A DNA stretch of 60,349 nucleotides, counting the filler, from Hausera hauseri (Eukaryota), in NCBI GenBank assembly GCA_046269625.1. It is 12 parts of 12 records of this genome, joined end to end, with 100 filler letters (N's around TTAATTAATTAA, not from the genome) between each part and the next. Parts side by side here need not be neighbours in the genome. Positions count along the whole stretch, not along the records: positions 33,065 to 37,107 come from JBJURY010798645.1; positions 37,208 to 41,826 come from JBJURY010501575.1; positions 41,927 to 46,322 come from JBJURY010602222.1; 9 more parts are not named here. One strand, 5' to 3'. A program made the position numbers and the translations under genes. Shown here piece by piece: positions 34,644 to 46,422 of this stretch; position 1 is the first letter of the stretch, and each line of letters begins with the position of its first letter. The notes below the pieces were generated by a model. The model was not told where the DNA came from and did not search any database. It worked only from the letters and a program-made list of their open reading frames with translations.

Positions 34644-35229
34644 AGGAATTGAAAATTCTCTGTTATCACATCTCTCACGAAAGCGGCGATAGTAGCATAG
34701 ATGATTTAAGACAGAATCACCGTCCAGGACTCCCGAGCTTTTCGTATCATAGAAGTGGCTTCAATGAGTGAACAAAATTTGTCGTAAAGAACGATTGGAA
34801 ATATTTATATCTTCTTGCGCGAGGTACCTTGTTCTCTTTTTTATCGTCTCTTGGTCATTTTTCGTTTTTCCATCTCCTTGAGTTAATGTTTCACAGCGAT
34901 GAGCAAATTGACTAGAAAGAATTTTGAAAAATTTATAACGAGATCTCAACGATTTCAATTATCCTTTTGGAAGATATTTAATGTCACAACATTTGATCGT
35001 ATTTTGAACTGTTAATATCAAAGTTTCACGATTCTGGCGATTTTCACCACCAACACGATTTCTTAGATTTATACGATTGAATTTCGAATAACACAATCTC
35101 CACAATTCTCTTTCATATGAAATAAGCTTTGGAAGCATTGGTTTTTGTTTAAATTTTTCACAATAATTCCCGTTCATCTGTTTCGTAGAATTACAATCTT
35201 CAACGTACAATTAGCAGAATTTTTTAACT

Positions 35230-37107
35230 TATTATCTTGATTATTATATATTCAAATTTTAAAATAATTTAAAATTTTATTTTATCAATAATAATATTTA
35301 TCATTATAAACTATACACATGTACATTCATACACTTATATATAAATGCACACATACACAGCCCCTTCTCTCTGTCTCCTTGAATCTCTACACACACACAC
35401 ACCATATTAACATTATAAACACAAATCTTATGTACAATATAATATATATAAGGTCAACATACCATACCTATTCACGCACACACCCCTATGTACAAATACA
35501 TCTATTTACACACATTCATCTTTACACACACCCTTTCATTTACCCTGATCTTAATTTCTGATTGGATCGTTGCTGAATTTCCCAACTAACAATCGGGTCC
35601 CAGCTTTTACCCCCTCCTTGGGGCAATCCAGCTCATAGATTTGTCTTCCACGGTATCAATCCAATCCAACTCATTTTCTATTTTACACAGCTTATGCACT
35701 GGCCTTTTATACGTTTCCCCATTCAGCCTTAGCTCTACTACTGTTATAACGTTGTCTGTCCCTGAGAAAACCTTCGTTATTTCTGCGACCGGCCAGTGAT
35801 TTAACTTTTCATTTTCCTCTAATAGCCACACTTTGTCTCCGATTTTCAATTCTATTTTTTCTCCTTTTATTCTGTCATAAATTCGCCATTCGGATAGGAG
35901 TTCACTTCTCCAGCGATCCCAATATTCGTTGAGTAATTTTTGTATATATCTCCGCCTATCTGCCAAGCTGTTCCTCCTCGTTCCGGTTATCTCCGAAAGA
36001 GATTTCACCGTTGTGTCCAGCTATTATAAAATGGTTTGGAGTCAAATCGACATTGTTCTTACTGTCATCAACGACTGTAATTAATGGCCGGCTATTTATT
36101 ATTCCCTCTATTTCTATTAGTAATGTTTCCAGCTCTTCGTCTGTCAGGGAGGTTTCCGGAAGTAATTTGTTTAGCGCGTTCTTTACTGATTTGATCATTA
36201 TTTCATAGACTCCCCCGAAATGAGGGTTGCAGGAGGGTTGAATATCCACCTTATTTCAGTGTCCTTCAATTCTCTTTTAAGACTATATGTATCTGTTTGA
36301 AATTCACATATTTCTCTGTTCGCTTCTATAAACGTTCCTCCGTTGTCGGTGATTATCAACGAAGGTCTTCCCCTCCGACTTATAAAATGCTTGAGCGCCT
36401 TTAGGAAAGAATTTGTATCCAATCCTGTCAACATTTCTACGTGCACCCCTTGACGGAGCAAACACGTGATTAGACATATGTACCTTTTCTCATGTATCAA
36501 ACCTCGTCTTTGTCATTTTTTCACCGGTCCTGCAAAATCAATTCCGACCTTGTCGAAAGCTTTAAGCGGTAGTTGTGCCCTAAGCGTCGGTAATGGTGCC
36601 CTTTTCGTTCGTATCCCTTTGCATTTGACCTTCTACAAACCATACAGTAGTTCTGGTAAGCTTTGATTAGCTTCTTCATCCTGGGGAACCAATACCTACT
36701 ACTTAACTCCGCAACTTGGTGGTTGACTCCCGCCGCATGCCGCAGATTCAAATGTATATCTTCAATAATCTCTTTTGTTACAATGCTCTTCGGTGACAGT
36801 ATTATTGGGTATTTTTGTTTCCAATTTAATCAAGAAGTCGTTATCAACCGGCTACCCGATCACAATATGTCTTCGTCATATAAAATGAGATTCATCTTGG
36901 CATTAACACTTTTAGTACTAATTTCTCCCTTAAATAATAAACTTTTTATTTCCGCATGAAGCTCTTTTCTTTGATCCTCCTTTATTATTTCCAGTCTTGC
37001 CTTCTTTCTCAGTTGTACTTCACTTAAGTTATTGGTTTTATTTCTTAATGTAACTTCCTTACCCTTTGTTTAATCACCTCCTCCCAACGGGACTCTGCAC
37101 CTTGTTC
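35230..37107 (-). mobile_element. Decayed BEL/Pao retrotransposon: integrase, DUF5641-type C-terminus, PPT and LTR
   Basis: Motifs HAAGVNH, YWFPRM, DFAGP, RRGRPSLIITDNGGTF, PHFGGVYE, INSRPL, LTPNHF, WPVAEITKVFSGTD and RPVHKLC. PPT at 35604-35619. Confidence 0.92.
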
Positions 37108-37207
37108 NNNNNNNNNNNNNNNNNNNNNNNNNNNNNNNNNNNNNNNNNNNNTTAATTAATTAANNNNNNNNNNNNNNNNNNNNNNNNNNNNNNNNNNNNN
37201 NNNNNNN

Positions 37208-38270
37208 AATGAGGCAGGAAAAAGCAGACAACGAATTGAGAAGGAAACAGCAGGAGGCAGAATTTGAGATGATGAAGGCGGAGAGAGATGCGAAAATACG
37301 AAGGGAAGACGAAGAATTAAAGGCCAGAATAGACAGGAGGATACCGACCAACGGAAATGAGACCATAACTAAGACAAATGACCACTTGGGAAATGTTCAA
37401 ATGATCTTAGATGATATACAGAAGAAATATGAAGACATGGTGCGAAAGGCAAAAGAGTATAGAAACAAGGCTATTCTTGAGTTGAAACAAGACTTCCCAG
37501 ATTGTGAACTTATGTCTATATTGGAAGATCATAGCTTAGAAACAGTTGTTAGTAGTCATAGGGTACACCAGAGGGACAGATGTGTAGGTAGTGATATTGT
37601 ACATCAGAAAGACGTGGGTGTAGGAAGTGATGTGGTAGTCAAGAAATTAGATTGGGCTGAGGAGATGAAAGATACTTGGGAAGCAGAAGATAATTATGGG
37701 TTAAGACAGAATAAGGATTTGCAGAAGGGTGAAAGTGACAATATTAAGAAGATAGGAACAGTTAAGACTAGTCCGAAATTTCAGGCTAGCAGAGAGGGCA
37801 GTATAAGCAGGAAAGGTAGAGATACTGTGGTAGACAACCCGACCAGAAAGGTAATAGTCATTGTCAAGAAGGACAATAGTTACCGGCCAGTGAAGCGGTA
37901 TGATAGGCCGAGACAAAGCGACAACGAAAACATAGGCGTGAGTAATGGAAAATTTAAGTGGGGAACAGGTCAGACTGGTAGAGTCAGTGACCAGGAAAAT
38001 AAGTGGTTCGGTGGTGGTGGACCGAAGCCACGGGTGAATCGGCGAGACTACTGGGAAAGTAGCCGCAGGAGGATTCATAATAAATATGGGTTAGGGCACG
38101 TAGAACGTGACCTAGAGAGCCCATGGAGACCCCAGATGTTTGCCTATGCTAGACTTAGACCACTGGAGAACAGTGAAGATATGAGAACGTTGATTCGCAT
38201 TGCCGCACAAGCACAGGGAAATCCGAGGTGCACGAGTTTAAATTTAGGGTTGCTTAAAGTTATTGAATAG
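37208..38270 (+). CDS. Gag-derived/coiled-coil ORF of a non-autonomous LTR element (copy 1, 5'-truncated)
   Basis: Coiled-coil N-terminal part; homologous to ORF 41495 (LELKQ.FP.C, HQRD.CVGSDIVHQKDVGV). Followed by PPT and LTR with no pol. Confidence 0.6.
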
Positions 38271-39210
38271 TTCCAAGGTCGAATTTGTCATATGTTATTG
38301 TTTGAATACAATCACCCAGAATTTTATTAGATTTGTTGTCTTAACGCCACTATTCAGTACTTTCATTTTCATGAGTTAGCTACCCCAGGTAGCTAGCGTG
38401 CGATACCAGATGTGTTATTCAGACCGTGACACAGTAAATAATAATACCATCACTCAAACTAAAAAGTTCACAGAGTTCGGGCGAAATTTGTGGGTGTGGA
38501 AGGTGACGTAGCAAAATAGTTCACCATTATCACCATGTTATCATTGTTATGTGTCTCAGTTAAAAGTTGTGTGGATGTAGCGCAGTGTCCAAAAATATCA
38601 TTCTATTTAGTTAACAACTATTTATGGAGGAATTCTTAATTTGACGATTAGAATGACAGACTATCATTAATTACAGAATCCACACAAGACGATGACGAAA
38701 CAGTAATATTGTAAGACACTACTGTAAATATGGACAGAAAGAGACAGAAAAAAAATATTAGGGAAAATATACGCAGGTGATAAACAAATACTGTCCACCC
38801 ATTTATTTTATTATTTCAGCCCTTGACCTTTACCTGAACTATTACTGATGAACACGTGAAGTCACTACCCTGAAGACCAGAGTGTACACAGACAGAACCA
38901 GACCATGAATATAACATTTTAGTTAGACGTTTTGTAAATGTTTAAATAAAATCTCATATTGTTTTGTATAATATATATGTTTTTTGTGGAAACACAAATG
39001 AATCATGTTATGAAGCATATTGAAAAAAAAAAAGGAGAAAGAAGTTTTATAAGTTATGTAATATTTGGTTGAAATCTATCCATCGAATCCTAAGATATTT
39101 TATAATCATCGTTAACATGTTATGTATTTTAAAAAGTTATTTAAGTTGGGATAGAGCACGTTCAACCCCCATGGTATGGTACCCGCTTTTTCAGGGAAAA
39201 AGCTTCTTGT

Positions 39211-39776
39211 GGGGGGGGGAGGTGTGATGATTATAAAAGGGAAACAAATCAAGTATTAGTGGAACCGGATATGTACAATAAGGGCAGATAACTCTAGTAG
39301 GGTTAGAACACGAACAGGAAGTAAGACTGAACAGAATTCAGGAGAGAGGATATAAAAAGGGGGTGGTTTGAGAACGAGGGACTAGCGAGGAGTATTTTGA
39401 CTAGCGAGTATTTTGTGAGAGCTAGTAGTTTTGAGATTGATGCCATTCCTTTGGGCTAGTGAAGAGTTTGTTTAGGGGAGGAGATTGTAGGGCTAGATTT
39501 GACGGTTATCGTTTTGGTCCTAGAGCCCGTGTTGAGACTTAGTATATACTCCTGATAAACTCAGTCAGAGTTTGACTTGAAAGAGAAGTCTTTTGGCTAG
39601 CGTAATGTAGCCGTATTTTAAAGTCATTTAAAGTTGTTGTAATATTATCAATGGTGAAATACGTGTCTTCGTATTTGGAATAAATATCTACCGTTGTTCG
39701 AGTTGGAACAAAGCAGTGTTTGTTTGTTGCTTTGTTGAGAAACTAATTAGTCTTAACATACACAAGGACCATCACA
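39211..39776 (+). repeat. PPT (39211-39222) and complete 554-bp LTR (39223-39776)
   Basis: GGGGGGGGGAGG followed by TGTGATG...CATCACA terminal inverted repeat; TATAAAA near 39351; AATAAA near 39679. Confidence 0.9.
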
Positions 39777-39780
39777 ATTC

Positions 39781-39830
39781 TGGTGGAGCAGCAGTCGTGT
39801 TTACCATCCACCATCACAATTCTGGTGGAG
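39781..39830 (+). promoter_or_regulatory. Duplicated primer binding site TGGTGGAG (complementary to the tRNA-Ala 3' end)
   Basis: CCATCACAATTCTGGTGGAGCA occurs at 39769 and 39811. Confidence 0.75.
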
Positions 39831-40265
39831 CAAGCAGTTGTTTTTCCTCCACAACAGTTTTTTGGATTTTAATATTGATCCCGTAGAACCGTCAGCAGTT
39901 GTGTTGTTCACAACATTGTTTTGGATTTTGTGAAGGCCCAGTGACTGTAGTTTTTGTAAGGACTTGTTACAGTTCGAGAACCACTGGACTCTGGTATTTA
40001 GAGTATTTTACAGCGTTTGTAAACGCGATATTTCAGAACTGTTCAAGTGCAGTTCCCGTGGATACTGAGGGAACGGAAGTGTTATTTTCCTTTTGAGTCC
40101 ATTTACGATTACTACTTATCGTGGAGTCAGTGACTATGTTATTTTTGTGTAATTTTGGAGGCTCCAGTGACTATAATATTGTGTGGTAGTAATTTTACGG
40201 ACTCAGTTAAAGAACGGGTTCTGTCAGCCTTGTCGGAGTATTGTAGAAGGCTTGACACCCTCGAA

Positions 40266-40575
40266 AGCAGCAGAATTAGGGTCACCACCCGACCCCTATC
40301 GACGACCAGCAGCGGAGAGAATTAGGGTCACCACCCGACCCTATCGGCGACCAGCAGCAGAGTGAAGTAGGGTCACCACCCTACCCTATCGGCGACCAGC
40401 AGCGGAGAGAAGTAGGGTCACCACCCGACCCCATCGGCGGACCGCAGCGACGAGAAAGGAGGGTCACCACCCGACCCCCCTACCAGCAGCAGCGGAGAGA
40501 AAGGAGGGTCACCACCCGACCCCCCTACCAGCACCACCAGAAGAGCGAGGAGGGTCAACGCCGACCCCCTTACCG
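40266..40575 (+). repeat. Seven ~45-bp GC-rich tandem repeats, each with a GGGTC-loop-GACCC hairpin, in the retroelement leader
   Basis: GGGTCACCACCCGACCC or a close variant near 40279, 40325, 40370, 40415, 40461, 40506 and 40552. Confidence 0.9.
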
Positions 40576-41494
40576 ACGTCCGACAGAGGAGGAGCAGCAC
40601 GAGACAGCAGAAGCGACTGATCCCCTTACGACCGCAGACGGATCACCTGCTGGACAGACTAAAAGTTAAGTTTTCCTCCATATTTTTTTTGTAGCTAGAA
40701 CACGTCGGCGTTGTGCTGGACATTTTTTTTTTCTATTTTTGGACATTTGTGTCTGCATCCACGCAGTTCACATTTGTTGTGTAAATATTTATGTTGTATT
40801 GTTAAAAGGGAGGACGGGAGGCGAACCACTGGTTACTTTTCCTAAGTAATCCAGGCGGTTGTTTCTATAGGGCTTGTGTGTGATTTTTGGTTGTGGAGAG
40901 CGCCTCAGTTTATAGGGCGTGTTTACACGTTAGGTCTCCATCACCAAAAAGAACCATTTTAAGTGTTTAGCTGTGTTCGACTAGTTTGTGAGCGTTATTT
41001 TTTGTATTTCATCTTGTAGGTTTTGTCATTGTTTATATAGTGTACGCCTTTGTCTTTTTCTTCTATCGTGTAAATACGTTAAATTTTTTCTTCCAACTCT
41101 TGTTTACGTCAATGTTTTTGTGAGTTCACCGTAATTTTTTTTTTTTTTTTGTGTTGTGAGTTATTTTCATTTTTTTTTCCTACACCAGTTTTGTTTTGTT
41201 TGTATAGTCCATTTCATTCATTGAACATACTATTTTGCTACCGTAACAATAATTGTTTTTCTTTATTGACTTTTACACTGGATGATGTTGTTATTTGTTT
41301 ACTCTGAGTTAAGTTAAATTGGTATATATTTTAACTCCTTAGTTGTTTATACGAGGACTTGTAGTTTGATATTTTTTCACATTTAGAATTATTCGGCATA
41401 AGATTTGGTAGTGTCACCGTTTCTTGTTTTTGGGTTTGTTTTATTTTGAGAGTTCCGATTTTTTCCCCCGAGTATAAAGAGATAAAAGTAGAAA

Positions 41495-41826
41495 ATGGCA
41501 GACGAACCTAACAGACTCATGAAAGCATATGAGATAGGAAAAATGATTGGAAAATCAGGCGACGAACTCGATCAGTGGGTTAACGTGTATCTGATCTTAG
41601 ACGGTATAGAGGAATCTTTCGAAAAAGACGTTAGAAGGGCTAGAGAATATAGAGATAAGTATACTCTGGAGTTAAAGCAAGAGTTCCCAAATTGTGATTT
41701 TAGTTCTGTGTTGGAAGAGTATAGGCGAGAAACAAGGCGAGACATAGGTGTAGAAACTGATATTGTACACCAGAGGGACATATGTGTTGGCAGTGACATT
41801 GTACACCAGAAAGACGTGGGTGTAGG
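41495..41826 (+). CDS. Gag-derived ORF of the LTR element (copy 2, 3'-truncated)
   Basis: AAAATGG start after a long leader; homologous to the ORF at 37208-38270. Confidence 0.6.
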
Positions 41827-42027
41827 NNNNNNNNNNNNNNNNNNNNNNNNNNNNNNNNNNNNNNNNNNNNTTAATTAATTAANNNNNNNNNNNNNNNNNN
41901 NNNNNNNNNNNNNNNNNNNNNNNNNNAAAAAGGTCAATTTGGAATTCTGATCGATTTTTTGATTTTTTGATTCAGATTTTTGGGTAATTAAGAGATCCTA
42001 ACAAACCTTATAAAAAACAAACTCACT

Positions 42028-45000
42028 AAAATCCATATGCTGCGCCAACTTAGCAAAGTTCTCATAAATGTCCTTTGCATGGATCTGATAAATAAAACTA
42101 TCAGTATCCACATACATCAGCTGTATGGACTTGAATGTGGGAACCATGATGGTATAGTGGAATTTGTACATCAAGGTCTTTGACAGGTCGAGGATTGCCA
42201 TACCAACATATATGGGCTTGCTAAATTGCAAGGATGTTTTCAGCATATGGATGCTGACCAAGTTCTCCGCATATATGATGCTGCTGTGGAAGTTGGGCTT
42301 GTCAATGAGCTTCTTTGCCCGCTTTTACTCAGAGACCAGTTCGATGATGATCCTGTTGTGATTATTCTCCATGATCTTGCTAAAAACGCTGTTGTTGTAA
42401 AGCTTGAACTGTTCCTTCTCAAAGTCGTTCTTAGCATTTGTCTACAGCTTGGTATTGAGGTCTACGTAGGGCTGCAACCAGTTGGACTGGCTGAAATGCA
42501 GGGCCCAATAGATCTTTGTAATACGGAGTCCATTTCTTACCGCCTGGTGGAGATTTTTGTAGTGGACTACATACCCCTTCCTACCATTTAAATGGTAGAC
42601 CAGCTTTCTATGCTTTTGATGGGGCGGAGGCTTGATCTCAGGGAGAAAAGGCAGTTATTGATGCCTTGTATGGATAGAAGCTGGATATTCCATATCCAAC
42701 TCCAGTATGTATCCCGTATCTACAGTGGGACCCAGGTCTAGTATAGGGATGTTTTCAGGATGTTCTACCCACTTGAAGTTGTCATATGGCAATGGGGCGC
42801 TTATTGCCCATGCATACAGTTTGTTGGCATCCAGGCATGATATATATGAGGATTCCTAGGATGGATCATACTAGGCCATATAATTGTTGTTGGCCTTGCC
42901 ATATTGGCGAATGGCCTGGCATATTCCGCCCCTATGCCTCTTTCGATCAAGCAAATCATATCGTAATCCTTCATGATCTGCAGCTTAATACCGGTATATC
43001 TTCGCATTGCTGCCCAGCTCATACCTGAAACCGTAAAGAAATGAGCTGGATCCAATGCATGGCTCTTTATCGTAACATCTATGAAACTCTCAAAGATATC
43101 TGTCAGAATCACACATCCGTCTTGAAGTATATGCCGCTGTATTCTCCTAATGTTCGGCATTGGAATGCATGCCAGACGTTCTGAGAATGAAGGTAGTCCT
43201 CATTATTGTTATCGCAATCAGAGAGGATATTGTAAAAGTTCTTCTTGTCCGGCATGAGGTCTCATCCAGTGTTTCCCATGATGTTATGTAATCACAGGGA
43301 AACAGCCTTTCCTCTTAACAAGGTCAAATGCAGTGGGGAAGAACCGCGTCGTCTCCTTGAGTTCTTCTGCAGAGAGGCTTTTCACTAGTGTCAAGTGAAA
43401 ATGACATGAAACGGAAACTGTCTACGAAGCAAAGCCTGATTTTCTCAACATGCTTGGTAAAGGTGACGTACTTTTACTCACTATTAGGGATCACATCAAT
43501 GTTCCCTTCAATTCTTCCCAGTTCCCGAATAATGAAGTGGAAATCATATCCACTGAAGTTGCGAAACACTACAGGCACACATATACATGTTTTGCAACGC
43601 AGATTGCAGTTGTTACATGCCGCGCCCCGATATGTGCCTGTAAAATGGGAATAATGCCTGGCTTTATAATTCTCCTTAGTGAATGATTTGATGCACAAGT
43701 AACATGCTGTTTCCTTGTGCCATTCTTCTTCTTGCTTCTTCGACATGCACATGATATCCTTCTGCTGCAGCAGCATATCTCCAATCCTATGAGCCATACT
43801 TTCAAGTCGTTTCATGAAATGAGCTGCTGCGCCTGGACTCCTAAATAGAAGTGGTTCACTGTCCAGTCCTTTCGCATACAGGCAATATGATGAGAATTAA
43901 TTATATTGGTATGCCGTTGTGCTGCTATGTTGGAGGTTAGGGCTGCAGTTGTGAACTGGACGCAGGATAGCTTCAAAGTTGCAATAGGTAACAATTGGGA
44001 CCTTGATCTTCTTCCAGAACTCTTTAAATTCATTGTAATCCTCCTTCGGAAATTCTGGCCAGATACAATAATTATTGTTTCAGTACATCTTGTGTTCTTT
44101 CAGCTTCTCCATTGCTAACTTGCTTCTGAAATGGGACAAGAATCGTTTGCATATTTCGATTCTTTCCTAAGGTTTGGTAATTTCTGTTCTGACTAACCGC
44201 TCGAAGTCTTTGATCCAAACATAATCTTTCTTTTCTCCATCGTCTAGTAGGAGCAGATCCCTATAATCTTTCAATTCAGCATCACATATTTGCAGGGGGT
44301 AGAATTTGTCCTCCTCATATAGAATTTGTCCTCCCCAAGATATTGATGGACATGTTGTTGACTTTTCCAATTTTTTTGACTTCATCAATAGATGGTGGGA
44401 AATTGATACATTGGAAGTCGTAGTTGTGCTGCACATCCTTATATAGCCAAACCTGTGAAGCATGATTTTGATCCCTTATGAGTTTTGATAGAATGGCATA
44501 CATGAAACACATGTTGCCGTTATTATGGACATTAACGCATGCTTTTTTATTAGCGATCCAATCCGGGAGCTGAATATATGAACAGCCCCGCATGGGAGAG
44601 TATTGTGCACATGTACAAGCAATCTCTTTACTGTTGCCACAGTCAAGCCGCTCTTCTTCTCCTGGCTGTCCTCGGCTTCATGGATCAGCTTCCTATGTTC
44701 TTCATGCGACCATTCTGTTATATTGGTGTTTCCCAATATGGGTCTATTTTTGGTCTTGAAGGCCCAATTGGATTCTTTGCAATCAACTTTGATGTATGTG
44801 GCCACCAGTTTCATATTCACTTCAAGGGCTTTGAGCTCAGCCATGTTGTCCTGGAGAATTCCCTCTGTTTGTCCCTTTTTATATTCCAGGAACTCATGGA
44901 GCGTTGTTTGGTTAGTTGCAACAATAACATAGCTGCGGCATTTTTTCTTTAATGTTACCGCCTTAACTGGCCGCTGTATTTGGCTTTTTGGTGGAGCATC

Positions 45001-45267
45001 TCGTGCTGCTATGCGTTTAAGCCTGAATTGGACCTTGCAGCCAAAGCACGATGTACAACTGGCTGTGCTGCAGAAGCAGTCTCTGCTGCCAAAGCAGGCT
45101 GCTGCAATGTAAAAGTCTTCATATTTGGTCTGACACACTACCTCATATGTACGGCATATATAATACTCAACCCTGTTGTATAGATGGCTGAAGTATTTCT
45201 GCATAATATTGTGGCAATTTTCAGGCTCGTGAATTTGAGCCAAGCACTGTTTGTATAGATTACACAT
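42028..45267 (-). pseudogene. Decayed Polinton/adintovirus pPolB with an endonuclease VII-like insertion
   Basis: Motifs RGCSYIQLPDWIANKKACVNV, HYSHFTGTYRGAACNNCNL, SGYDFHF, LDPAHFFT, KPIYVGMAILDLSK and YVDTDSF. Confidence 0.92.
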
Positions 45268-46422
45268 CTAAAAGTCAACCAAATAATGAAACATAGCAAT
45301 ATCAATGCATATTGCTCATTTATGAATCGAAAAATCGACTTTTTTATTTAAGCCGCTTTCTGAATATCGGACGTCATATTCGGATTCTCCATATATGGGT
45401 TTTTATCCGTTTACGCTTTTAGAATTTTCCATTTTTGCTTCTATTCAAATAAAATATCAATTATTCGAAAAGTTCGGTTTGTATTCGAGTTTTCGAATAT
45501 CTGATGTCATAATCGAATACAGCACATGTTAGTTTCCATGTGTGTACGCTTTTACATTTTTTGATTTCTACTTGCTTGTGTGCTAAAATCAACGTCAAAG
45601 GTTTAATCGGAAAATCGTTATTATTTATTAAAGCACACATGCACATGTGCAACTCATCTGAAAAGTGGTATATAGATGCATTAATACACGGAGAATCGAC
45701 TGTCGCTCTCAGATTTCTCAAAAAGTTTATGGGTGTCAAGATATTTGATACTATTCTGTGAAAATCGATATTTATTCGAGCTGTGCACGGAATTTCGGAA
45801 ATCTGAGATGGAAGACCCGGGTTACAATGTGGCACTTTCTACCTGTTCCCGCTTAAACATTTGTCGAATTTTGACCCCTTGGGATCTAAAAAAACTATGG
45901 GAAGTCTGCACAAGTTGCTATTTGGATCGATATTAATCAAAATCGACTCGGTCGATTTAAATTCTAATTGCACATTCACATAGTGCATCATATTTCCAAC
46001 CGATTGTACCCAGTCACACGTGCTAATTATCAATAATGAAAATATCGAAAAACCGATATTATTGATTTTTGTTCACTTGTACATGTGCTGCGCATCTACA
46101 CAGTGCATATCAAGATGCATCTCGACATGCTCTATCCACTAGCACTTGGCCCCGATCAATTCCAATCCTAGGCTATACAACTACAAAAATGTGAAAAGTG
46201 TAGAAATGCTTTGGCAACGGTGCCTAACGCACCTCTATAATGAGCATTTCCCGATCGGTAGTGCACCGGGTGCACTACCGACTAGTACATGTCAAGTATC
46301 GAATCTATCGATTTTTATTTTANNNNNNNNNNNNNNNNNNNNNNNNNNNNNNNNNNNNNNNNNNNNTTAATTAATTAANNNNNNNNNNNNNNNNNNNNNN
46401 NNNNNNNNNNNNNNNNNNNNNN

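Noticed and set aside
40266-40575. CRISPR array
   Set aside because: The spacers are similar to each other rather than unique, there are no cas genes, and the array lies in an LTR-element leader.
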